From an uncultured Lachnospiraceae bacterium (GTDB taxonomy: Bacteria; Bacillota; Clostridia; Lachnospirales; Lachnospiraceae): a DNA stretch of 64,000 nucleotides. Shown one piece after another: positions 18,540 to 27,020 of this stretch; within the stretch, counting starts at the first letter, position 1, and each line of letters begins with the position of its first letter. Location of the stretch: assembly GCA_902767015.1 (NCBI GenBank), contig CACXFV010000003.1, positions 873-64,872 of the forward strand. The letters run 5' to 3'. Position numbers and translations under genes: made by a program. The notes below the pieces were generated by a model. The model saw only the letters and a list, made by a program, of their open reading frames with translations. It searched no databases and had not been told where the DNA came from.

Positions 18540-19604
18540 TTAATAAACTTTTGCTTCCTCTTCTCTATTCAATACTCTTAAGCCGCCCTGTGCAAGTGCC
18601 AGCAGCTCATCCTCACCAGGATATACGGTAAATGGCGCGATAAAGCCTGCATATGCCTCTAACCGGTCGGTAATATATTGATTATAGGCAATACCACCGG
18701 TTACAATAATCCGGTCAACCTTTCCCTGAAGAACACATGCCATTGAACCGATATCTTTGCTTACCTGATAGATAAAAGCATCTCTGATGAGTTTCGCATT
18801 GTCATCATCCTCTGCCATCTTCATGACATCTCTCATGTCATTCGTTCCGAGATAAGCATTCAAGCCACCGTTACCTACAAACTTCTTGTATACTTCTTTT
18901 TCTGTATATTTACCGGAGAAGCACATACTGATTAGACCGCCAACCGGTACACCTCCAGCTCGCTCCGGAGAAAATGCGCCGTCGCCATCTAATGCGTTGA
19001 ATACATCTACCACCTTACCATTCTTATGTGCGCCTACGGAAACTCCTCCGCCCATATGCACAACGATAAGGTTAAGTTCTTCATAATTCTTTGCACTTTC
19101 TTTTGCGTATCTCTTCGCCACAGCCTTCTGGTTCAATGCATGGAATACGCTGATTCTCGGAATCTCAGGAACACCTGACAATCTTGCCACTTCATCAAGC
19201 TCATCAACAACGACCGGATCAACGATATAGGAAGGAACACCTATCTCATCGCCAATCTCCCTTGCCAAAATGCCTCCCAGATTAGACGCATGCTGTCCCT
19301 GCTTTCCAATCTTTAAATCTTCTAAAAGTTCATCACTTACAGTATAGGTACCACCCGGTATCGGCTTTAGCATTCCGCCGCGGCCTACTACCATCCCAAG
19401 TGACTTAATATCAAAATCTTTTTCCTTGAGAAGATTCAATATAATATTCTTTCTGAAATCCTTCTGGTCTACAATCGATGCATACTGTGCAATCTCCTCT
19501 GTAGAGTGTCTCAATGTTTCTTCAAATAATAATGTCTCATCCTCAAACACACCTATCTTTGTAGAGGTAGAGCCCGGATTGATAATCAAACTTTTCACTG
19601 ACAT
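18540..19604 (-). CDS. buk: Butyrate kinase
   Basis: [52 protein letters not shown]. Start at 19604 (RBS AGAAGGAG). Confidence 0.96.
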   Translation of the reverse strand: MSVKSLIINPGSTSTKIGVFEDETLLFEETLRHSTEEIAQYASIVDQKDFRKNIILNLLKEKDFDIKSLGMVVGRGGMLKPIPGGTYTVSDELLEDLKIGKQGQHASNLGGILAREIGDEIGVPSYIVDPVVVDELDEVARLSGVPEIPRISVFHALNQKAVAKRYAKESAKNYEELNLIVVHMGGGVSVGAHKNGKVVDVFNALDGDGAFSPERAGGVPVGGLISMCFSGKYTEKEVYKKFVGNGGLNAYLGTNDMRDVMKMAEDDDNAKLIRDAFIYQVSKDIGSMACVLQGKVDRIIVTGGIAYNQYITDRLEAYAGFIAPFTVYPGEDELLALAQGGLRVLNREEEAKVY

Positions 19605-19631
19605 AGTCTGTCTCCTTCTTATTTTTATCAA

Positions 19632-20549
19632 TTACTGATTCTTCATCGCCTCTGCCATAACAGAACCAAGTGCGATAGAATTAATCTTTGTCTGTGCATC
19701 ATCAGAACGTGATGTAAGAATAACCGGTGCCTTTGTTCCGGTGATGATGTTACCATTCTTAACCTTTGCTGTATGTACCAATGTCTTGTATACAAGATTA
19801 CCGGCATGAATATCAGGGAATAACAATACATCAGCGTCTCCTACAATCTTTCTTCCTTCTGCCCCCTTGTGTACTGCTGCCTCCGGCTCAATGGCAAGAT
19901 CCATGGAAAGCGGACCATCTACAATGCAACCGGTTATTTTGCCTTCTTCATTCATCTTTGTCAATTCTTCTGCCTCTACGGTAACCGGCATCTTCGGATT
20001 GACTATCTCTACTGCCGCAAGCGGAGCTACCTTAGGCATCTCAATACCACACGCATGGCATACCTCCACTGTGTTCTCTATAATGGAAACCTTGTCCTCC
20101 AATGTAGGATACGTCATAAAAGCCACATCTGCAAGGAACAACAGTCTGTTGATTCCCTCTATTTCAAATACGCACACATGTGACAGTGGTCTGTTATTAC
20201 GAAGACCTACCTCCTTATCAAGTACACTCTTTAAGAAGGATTTTGTATCTATCAAGCCTTTCATATACATATCCGCTCTGCCTGTATGCACAAGCTCTAC
20301 AGCCTTTAATGCTGCCTGATATGTATCCTTTTCATTGATAATCTCATAACCGGTAAGATCCATATTGATGCTCTGTGCCACTTCTCTAATCTTGTCCTCA
20401 TCACCGACTAAGATGGCATTGGCAATGTTCTTCTCCTTTGCCTCTCTCACCGCCTCCAGTACCGGCGCATCCTGCGCTACTGCCACTGATACAGTCTTGA
20501 TACTGCAGCTGTTCACTTTTGAAATTAAATCTTCAAATCCTTTCGCCAT
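19632..20549 (-). CDS. ptb: Phosphate butyryltransferase
   Basis: PTA/PTB family motifs (MKGLIDT, LSHV, VDGPLSMDLA, PDIHAGN, LTSRSD); adjacent to buk. Confidence 0.94.
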   Translation of the reverse strand: MAKGFEDLISKVNSCSIKTVSVAVAQDAPVLEAVREAKEKNIANAILVGDEDKIREVAQSINMDLTGYEIINEKDTYQAALKAVELVHTGRADMYMKGLIDTKSFLKSVLDKEVGLRNNRPLSHVCVFEIEGINRLLFLADVAFMTYPTLEDKVSIIENTVEVCHACGIEMPKVAPLAAVEIVNPKMPVTVEAEELTKMNEEGKITGCIVDGPLSMDLAIEPEAAVHKGAEGRKIVGDADVLLFPDIHAGNLVYKTLVHTAKVKNGNIITGTKAPVILTSRSDDAQTKINSIALGSVMAEAMKNQ

Positions 20550-20651
20550 TTCCTCTTTTCACCTCTGCGTTATATTTATATGCTGTTGTCAGCACACCAT
20601 TAAAACTTATATTATCACTTTGAGAATGAAAAATCAACACTTAAAAGTGTT

Positions 20652-21554
20652 TTAACCACAAATGTTTTGTGCAATCCCCTGCGCAATGGCAAACGCTAAT
20701 TCCTCCTCGTAGTTTTGAAAAATGCGGTTGTCGTAGTTGCTGGAAATAAAACCCACCTCCAGAATCATACTTGTCATCGATACTTTATTAACAGCATAGT
20801 CTTCATAGGGATTGTCCATTGTTCCGCATTTTATTCCTCTGTTATAAAGCCCCGTAATACTTTGTTTCATATTACGCAGTATTCCTTCTGCGATATTTTT
20901 TGCCTCCTGTGGCTCGGAAGAATTAATCCACGCCTCAATTCCATTGATATCCTCCTCTCCCTCATACACATTTCTGTGTATGGATACAAACAAATCTGCA
21001 TGGGACTCCTCTGCTATCTGTCTGCGTCTTTCAAGGCTTAAGGTCTCATCCTTTGTTCTCGTCATAGTCACATTGATTTGAATGCTTTCAAGGTATTGTT
21101 CTACCATGAGCGCCAACTCCAGATTCTGTGTCTTTTCATGCACCCCCTCGATGGATTCTGCACCGGTATCGCTGCCTCCATGACCGGCATCCAGACATAC
21201 CGTTAAGCCTGTATCTGCTTGATGTCCCTTCCCACACAATTCTTTAAATTTTGTCAGATTTTCCTTTGACACAGACACTCCCACCACCGGTTCTTGTTCC
21301 TGTCCTTGTCCCTTTTCCTCGAAGATATCGATGTATCCGTCTGCATACCTTCTCTCTTCCCCTATCCTTTCCTCCTGTCTGCCGGTTTGCTTTTGCAGGT
21401 GGTGATATTTTTTGACATTTTTTATAACAAGCGTGACAAGCACTATGAAAAGAATTAAATTCACAATGAGCATAATTCTGTTCCATAGCACCTTTGCCTT
21501 TCTCTTTGATTTTCTTCTGCTTTTCTCTCGATTCTCTTCTTGTTTTTCTTTCAT
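20652..21554 (-). CDS. Membrane-anchored N-acetylmuramoyl-L-alanine amidase (Amidase_3)
   Basis: Basic N-terminus plus one TM helix; LDAGHGG, E, SIHRN and ILEVGF catalytic motifs intact. Start set at 21554. Confidence 0.88.
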   Translation of the reverse strand: MKEKQEENREKSRRKSKRKAKVLWNRIMLIVNLILFIVLVTLVIKNVKKYHHLQKQTGRQEERIGEERRYADGYIDIFEEKGQGQEQEPVVGVSVSKENLTKFKELCGKGHQADTGLTVCLDAGHGGSDTGAESIEGVHEKTQNLELALMVEQYLESIQINVTMTRTKDETLSLERRRQIAEESHADLFVSIHRNVYEGEEDINGIEAWINSSEPQEAKNIAEGILRNMKQSITGLYNRGIKCGTMDNPYEDYAVNKVSMTSMILEVGFISSNYDNRIFQNYEEELAFAIAQGIAQNICG

Positions 21555-21695
21555 TCCTATTCTGCTTTCCCTTCTGTCATTTCGGCCTATACGGCTGATT
21601 TTCATCAGCCGGACAAACCGTTTTTCAAAGTACCTTTTTCTCTTACGGCTATATTCAAATTTACCTCTGCCATTGCAAAAAAGTATTCAAGAAAA

Positions 21696-21750
21696 TGTAA
21701 AAATAATGTAAAGGATAATGCTTTCATTACTTTTTACAAAATCTTTACAA
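21696..21750. promoter_or_regulatory. Two oppositely oriented TTTACA-N5-TTTACA direct repeats (OmpR/PhoB-type operator geometry)
   Basis: TGTAAA at 21696 and 21707; TTTACAA at 21733 and 21744; both pairs have an 11-bp period. Confidence 0.45.
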
Positions 21751-21923
21751 CTTTTCTATATACTTTTAGTTAAAAAGTTTATAAAATAGTTTCAGATGTT
21801 TTTGTTGAAACGAAGACATGAAGTGCAGATGAGGGGGGGCAGTGAATAGAGCGGAAGATGTTTTTCGACTGGCGGTTATCTGAACTGTCACAGTGTAATA
21901 GCAACACCAGATTGGAGATTAAT

Positions 21924-22610
21924 ATGATAAAAATACTGATTGTCGAGGATGATGAAAATATTGCCAAAATGATACAGGCCACCGTATCCATGAGCGGATA
22001 TGAACCACATGTGTGTCACAACGGTACAGATGGTCTTGAAAGAATTAATAGTGGTTTATATGACCTTGTTTTGTTAGATATCATGCTTCCCGGATTAAAC
22101 GGCTTTGAAATTATTTCAAACCGCCAGAATCACACCCCCATTATCTTTATCACTGCCAAGCAGGATGTTTCTGATAAAGTGACCGGTCTGAAGCTGGGGG
22201 CGGAGGACTATATTGTAAAGCCCTTCGAGCCAGTAGAGCTTCTCGCAAGAATTGAGGTTGTGCTCAGGAGGTACCATAAGAATGAACAGCTTCTAACCTA
22301 CAGGGATATTGCGATTAATATTGATGAGCACACCTGCAGGCAGGGCGATGCCTTCGTGAGTCTTACCCCCAAGGAGTTTGAACTTCTCGTATTTTTCATA
22401 CGGCATCAGGATATGGCAATATCCAGAAGTCAATTATTATCCTCTATATGGGGATACAATTTTGAGGGTGAATCCAGAACCGTGGATATCCATATACAGC
22501 AGTTAAGGAAAAAACTCGGACTCAAAAATGTACTGATTACGATTCCAAAGCTCGGATACCGGTTAAACAGCGAAGCAGAAGATGATACTACTTTTAGAAA
22601 TGAGGACTAA
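21924..22610 (+). CDS. OmpR/PhoB-family response regulator
   Basis: ILIVEDD, LLDIMLP, ITAK, YIVKPF, winged-helix RTVDIHIQQLRKKL. Start at 21924 after GGAG. Confidence 0.94.
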   Translation: MIKILIVEDDENIAKMIQATVSMSGYEPHVCHNGTDGLERINSGLYDLVLLDIMLPGLNGFEIISNRQNHTPIIFITAKQDVSDKVTGLKLGAEDYIVKPFEPVELLARIEVVLRRYHKNEQLLTYRDIAINIDEHTCRQGDAFVSLTPKEFELLVFFIRHQDMAISRSQLLSSIWGYNFEGESRTVDIHIQQLRKKLGLKNVLITIPKLGYRLNSEAEDDTTFRNED

Positions 22611-22613
22611 CTT

Positions 22614-24113
22614 TTGAAATTATGGCAGAAAATATTTCTATGGACTCTTTTAATCGTGATGGTTGCCATTAGCAGCATAGAAATACTTTTATTAAAAAGT
22701 AATTTTAATGAAACAATTGAAAAACAGACGGAAAGCTACATCTCGAAGCATGCCTACATGGTATCCAATATCAATAATAAGATTCTTACCAGGCGTATGC
22801 AGAGTGATTCCATCATCCTCTCCCGAAACAATGTGATAGAGATTATACGTGAGATTTTTGAGGGTTCCGGAACAACTTCCTCTACGGTTGTGGCACTATT
22901 CAGTGATGTGAACCAAATCCTCTACACAAATTCCCTGATTGAGCTTGATATGGGACTGTTGGAAAAAGTGGTTACAAACAATTCCGAGGCTATTGCCTCA
23001 AATTCAAGCATTTCCGATTATTACACGCAGCTTCTCAATATAGACGGAAAAACAAGATTATTTGTGGCCTCCATCGTTACCTTTGAACAACAGGATTTAA
23101 TCTTTGTCACTTCTAATGACATTTCAGATATCTTTGCCTCCTATAATCATCAGCTGAGGTATGCCAAATTTATCTGTATTGCATTATCCCTTGTATGCTC
23201 TATCATATTGCTGATTCTTGTCAAATTTCTGTTAAGACCCCTTGAGTATCTCAACAGAACGACACATGCCATTGCCTCCGGCAATTATAGCCAGAGAATT
23301 AATGTAAAAACCCATGATGAACTGGGAATGCTTGCGGACAGTATGAATATCATGGCGGATTCCGTGGAGGAGAATGTCTCACAGCTTAAGGAGGTGGCTG
23401 AAAACAGAAAAGAATTTATCAATAATCTTTCTCATGAAATGAAAACACCTTTGACCTCTATTCTGGGATTTGCAGACATCATAAGAATCAAGCGGAATAT
23501 CACTGCAGAGGAATTATCTGACTACAGTAGTATTATTTTTGATGAGGCAAAAAGACTGAAAAATTTATCCGGTAAACTGATGGAGCTTATCACAATCGGT
23601 GAGACGAATCTTGAATTTATTGAAATAGAAACCACTGAACTGTTTTCCCAAATAGACCTTTTAATGCAGCCTATTATGAAAAACAACGAGATGTTGCTGG
23701 AAACCTCCTGCGATAATTGCATTATCCGGGTTGACCTTGAGCTTTTCAAGTCCATGCTTCTCAATTTTATTGATAATGCCGTGAAAGCTTCCTCGAAGGA
23801 TTCTATGATACAGCTCAAAGGCAATTTTGCCGGCGAATCCTTTACCATCTGCATTATTGATACAGGAATCGGCATCTCGAAAAGTGAGCTCAACAAGATT
23901 ACAGAGCCATTCTATATGGTTGACAAAGCAAGAAGCCGGAAGGCCGGCGGTGCCGGACTGGGACTTGCCTTATGTAAAAGTATTGCCGAAATCCATGAGG
24001 CTGACTTTAAAATATTGAGTGAAATCAATAAGGGAACCACTGTAAAGCTGTCTTTAAAAGCCACACCGGTTCCGAATCCGGAGCCCTCGAGTGACACTAA
24101 GAAAGGAGTGTAA
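22614..24113 (+). CDS. Sensor histidine kinase (2 TM, HAMP, HisKA, HATPase)
   Basis: H-box LSHEMKTPLTSI; NFIDNAVK; DTGIGI; GAGLGLA. Confidence 0.94.
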   Translation: MKLWQKIFLWTLLIVMVAISSIEILLLKSNFNETIEKQTESYISKHAYMVSNINNKILTRRMQSDSIILSRNNVIEIIREIFEGSGTTSSTVVALFSDVNQILYTNSLIELDMGLLEKVVTNNSEAIASNSSISDYYTQLLNIDGKTRLFVASIVTFEQQDLIFVTSNDISDIFASYNHQLRYAKFICIALSLVCSIILLILVKFLLRPLEYLNRTTHAIASGNYSQRINVKTHDELGMLADSMNIMADSVEENVSQLKEVAENRKEFINNLSHEMKTPLTSILGFADIIRIKRNITAEELSDYSSIIFDEAKRLKNLSGKLMELITIGETNLEFIEIETTELFSQIDLLMQPIMKNNEMLLETSCDNCIIRVDLELFKSMLLNFIDNAVKASSKDSMIQLKGNFAGESFTICIIDTGIGISKSELNKITEPFYMVDKARSRKAGGAGLGLALCKSIAEIHEADFKILSEINKGTTVKLSLKATPVPNPEPSSDTKKGV

Positions 24114-24115
24114 CT

Positions 24116-25381
24116 ATGCTGCCACCAGTCAATAATAATCACCGTTTTTTTCAAAAGAAATCCAGCCGGCGCACCTTGCAGACTGCCCCGGGAGATTACT
24201 TCGGACCTCTCTTCATAACGGTGCTCATTGCGTGCCTGATTATCTTTATCGGTTACAGGTTTATTGATATTGTGGGGGACTATTTTATGATAACTGATAC
24301 AGCTATCACTGCACATTCTAATTCTCTCAATGACTCCTATATATTTTACTCACAATCGGACAGCGACATAACGCTCTATCCATGGGCATACTATGATGAC
24401 TCTGCACCGAATTATTATGAGTATGTGATGAATTATGACCAATTATATACTGATGAATTTGACTTGAACAACTACATTGACGCAAATGAATTATATGAGC
24501 AGATTCGTTACAGCTTCTATCAGTCTGTGCCGGAAATCAAACCGATCATACTGAAAGCACATTCCTCTCTCTATGAAATTATGGATTTCGACAATATTAT
24601 GTATGACTTGTCTGTCACTACGTTTAATAATCAGTTATTCTTCTTCTATCAGAAGGATCTGACGATTGATGATGAAGTCTACAATATGTCTTTTGCCATG
24701 AATAACCGGCTTGAATTACTATCCTTTCAGTGCCGTCCGCTGAATAATTCCTCTTATACACAGATTGGCATGAATCTCGCAAAGAGGCAGATTACCAAAT
24801 TAATCAATGATAATTACTGTAATTGTTTTACACTGCTGATTTATGATGTCTTGTATCATGAAAGGATTTTGGAAAATTATAAGGTGGTAAGTAATTCCTA
24901 TGGAGACTACACTTTTTATCTCAATAGTGAATTATATTATGACTATTGGGAGAAGCATCAGGAGGAAGGAGAGTTTCCTTCTGAGCAGGATGATTATGAC
25001 AAGTCCTATTATTCTGACTATAATGAATATTATTATAACATCAACGTTTCTGATGCTGATGACGATGTTGATGGCACAACCTGGGAGACCATCAAAAATA
25101 GTGTTGTTTTTGATGATAAAGATATCTCCTTGCTCATAACCGAAACAGAAGAGGCGCCTTCCATGATGATTGACACAAATGTTACCTATACAAGTGATAT
25201 TCTGGATAACATTTTTGCTGCTGATGATATCACATTGACGGAAATATCCAATCATCTGTACCAGAAGCAGATGATTGTCAGAAATGATGAATTACTTGTA
25301 ATTATTCCTGATAATAACATTGTTCTTCACTTTGATCCTTATTCTAATGTCTTTACGGGATTTAACAGGATAAACGGATAA
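24116..25381 (+). CDS. Hypothetical single-TM protein with a large Asp/Tyr/Asn-rich extracellular region
   Basis: 421-aa ORF with RBS AAGGAG, starting 2 nt after the kinase stop; one N-terminal hydrophobic helix; no family recognised. Confidence 0.75.
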   Translation: MLPPVNNNHRFFQKKSSRRTLQTAPGDYFGPLFITVLIACLIIFIGYRFIDIVGDYFMITDTAITAHSNSLNDSYIFYSQSDSDITLYPWAYYDDSAPNYYEYVMNYDQLYTDEFDLNNYIDANELYEQIRYSFYQSVPEIKPIILKAHSSLYEIMDFDNIMYDLSVTTFNNQLFFFYQKDLTIDDEVYNMSFAMNNRLELLSFQCRPLNNSSYTQIGMNLAKRQITKLINDNYCNCFTLLIYDVLYHERILENYKVVSNSYGDYTFYLNSELYYDYWEKHQEEGEFPSEQDDYDKSYYSDYNEYYYNINVSDADDDVDGTTWETIKNSVVFDDKDISLLITETEEAPSMMIDTNVTYTSDILDNIFAADDITLTEISNHLYQKQMIVRNDELLVIIPDNNIVLHFDPYSNVFTGFNRING

Positions 25382-25388
25382 AATTGTG

Positions 25389-25417
25389 TTTACTTTATGT
25401 ATAAATTGAAGTATACT
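25389..25417 (+). promoter_or_regulatory. Sigma-A-type promoter for the LCP gene
   Basis: TTTACT-N17-TATACT. Confidence 0.45.
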
Positions 25418-25502
25418 ACAATCTGTGCTTTTAAAAACTTGGAATCAGGGATACTATTCAAAGTAACCAAATAATAACTATTGTTCAGAAATGGAGATTG
25501 TA

Positions 25503-26711
25503 ATGACTAATAAACGACTTTCAAAACAGGAACGTTATAAACGAAGGCGCAGAAAAAAGCGCCTGAAGCTGTTTTTACTCTGCATAGAACTCACTGTCTT
25601 TCTGCTGGCCATCATTGGTGTATCTATCTTTTTGATGCCTAATTCAAAGGCTTTTCTTGTGAAAGCTTTTACAGGCTGTCCGGCAGGCAGAAGTCTTCTA
25701 AAGTCCCTTTATAAGGATGACTATGAGGCAAATGTACTTGACAAAAATGTAGACAAAAATAAAATCAGAACAGTCGATTTAGGGGAAGGATATACGAATA
25801 TCGCTTTATTCGGTATTGACCCCCGACTTGGAGAGTTTGAAGACTCCACACATACTGATACCATCATGATTGTCAGCATCAATAATAAAACCCATGATGT
25901 AAAGCTTGTGTCCCTTTACCGCGATACGCTGCTTAGAATGACTACCCGTGATGGTGATATCGACTATGAGAAAGCTAATTCCGCCTATTTTCGCACAGGT
26001 GTAGAGGGTGCCCTTAATATGCTTAATAACAATCTTGACCTGGATATCACGGAATATGTTCTTGTGAATTTTGAGGGACTTACCCATATTATTGATGCGT
26101 TGGGTGGTATTGATATCAACATTACTGAGGATGAGGCTTACTATATCAACGGTTATCTCACCGAGACGCGAAAAATTACAGGACTTGACACCCCTGATGT
26201 CAGCGAAAACGGATATGTGCATTTGACCGGACTTCAGGCAACAGCTTACTGTCGTATACGATATGTAACATTTACAGATGAAAACGGTGTGGAGTATATC
26301 AATGACTATGGTCGAACCGCAAGGCAGCGATATGTGTTGAATACTTTACTGCAAAAAGCAAAGGCTGCGGGTATTTCGCAGGTTCTCAATGTTGCTGACA
26401 CACTGATTAAAAAGAATAATGTCAATGGTCATAGGATTATTTCAACAAATATTGAATGGACCAGAATCGTAGACCTGTTGACTGTGGCTGTGGACTGTAA
26501 CCTTACGGAAACTTTTGGTTTTCCGTATGACGTCTATACACCGGAATCCGGAAGGCCTTACTATGGTTATGTGGTTCCTATGGGGCTTAAGCAAAATGTC
26601 ACGAGACTGCACTCGCATCTGTTCCCTGATAAAAACTATGCACCATCAGATATGGTAGACAGAATTAATGATTATATCATCAACGAGACAGGAATTTATC
26701 CTCCTGACTAA
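25503..26711 (+). CDS. LytR-CpsA-Psr (LCP) family cell-wall glycopolymer transferase
   Basis: Basic N-terminus plus TM helix; NIALFGID, DTIM, VSLYRD, YCRIR and RTARQR motifs. Start 25503 after GGAG. Confidence 0.92.
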   Translation: MTNKRLSKQERYKRRRRKKRLKLFLLCIELTVFLLAIIGVSIFLMPNSKAFLVKAFTGCPAGRSLLKSLYKDDYEANVLDKNVDKNKIRTVDLGEGYTNIALFGIDPRLGEFEDSTHTDTIMIVSINNKTHDVKLVSLYRDTLLRMTTRDGDIDYEKANSAYFRTGVEGALNMLNNNLDLDITEYVLVNFEGLTHIIDALGGIDINITEDEAYYINGYLTETRKITGLDTPDVSENGYVHLTGLQATAYCRIRYVTFTDENGVEYINDYGRTARQRYVLNTLLQKAKAAGISQVLNVADTLIKKNNVNGHRIISTNIEWTRIVDLLTVAVDCNLTETFGFPYDVYTPESGRPYYGYVVPMGLKQNVTRLHSHLFPDKNYAPSDMVDRINDYIINETGIYPPD

Positions 26712-26741
26712 TTTTCTACAATTTTTGACATTCTCAATGAC

Positions 26742-26791
26742 AAAAAGAGGTTACCACATCGACTTTTAAGTGGCGGTGCGGCGACCTCTTT
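26742..26791. terminator. Long imperfect hairpin between convergent LCP and mfd units; probable bidirectional terminator
   Basis: AAAAAGAGGTT...GACCTCTTT outer stem. Confidence 0.55.
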
Positions 26792-26901
26792 CTGCTCCAC
26801 ATTTTTTCAAAATCCGCTGTTATACAGCAGAGTCCTCAAAACGGAAGATATTTTGCGAATAGTGATTAGCAGAACAGTTACTGCTTTGTTAAAACACATC
26901 C

Positions 26902-27003
26902 TCAAATATGAAAGTAAGCATTGACAAGATAGATAATCAGCAAAGCCATGACGGCGGCGCCTAGAATGTAGCCAATCACATTAAAAAATTTTAATTTTAC
27001 CAT
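26902..27003 (-). CDS. Candidate 33-aa single-TM small protein (MVKLKFFNVIGYILGAAVMALLIIYLVNAYFHI)
   Basis: Manual translation; starts 17 nt after the mfd stop; basic N-terminus then a ~22-aa hydrophobic helix; RBS weak (AGGA about 15 nt upstream). Confidence 0.45.
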   Translation of the reverse strand: MVKLKFFNVIGYILGAAVMALLIIYLVNAYFHI

Positions 27004-27020
27004 ATTTGTTATTTATTATC

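Noticed and set aside
26807-26899. Second minus-strand small ORF (MCFNKAVTVLLITIRKISSVLRTLLYNSGF)
   Set aside because: The GAGG is directly adjacent to the ATG (no usable spacing) and there is no convincing TM helix or motif; not supportable without conservation data.
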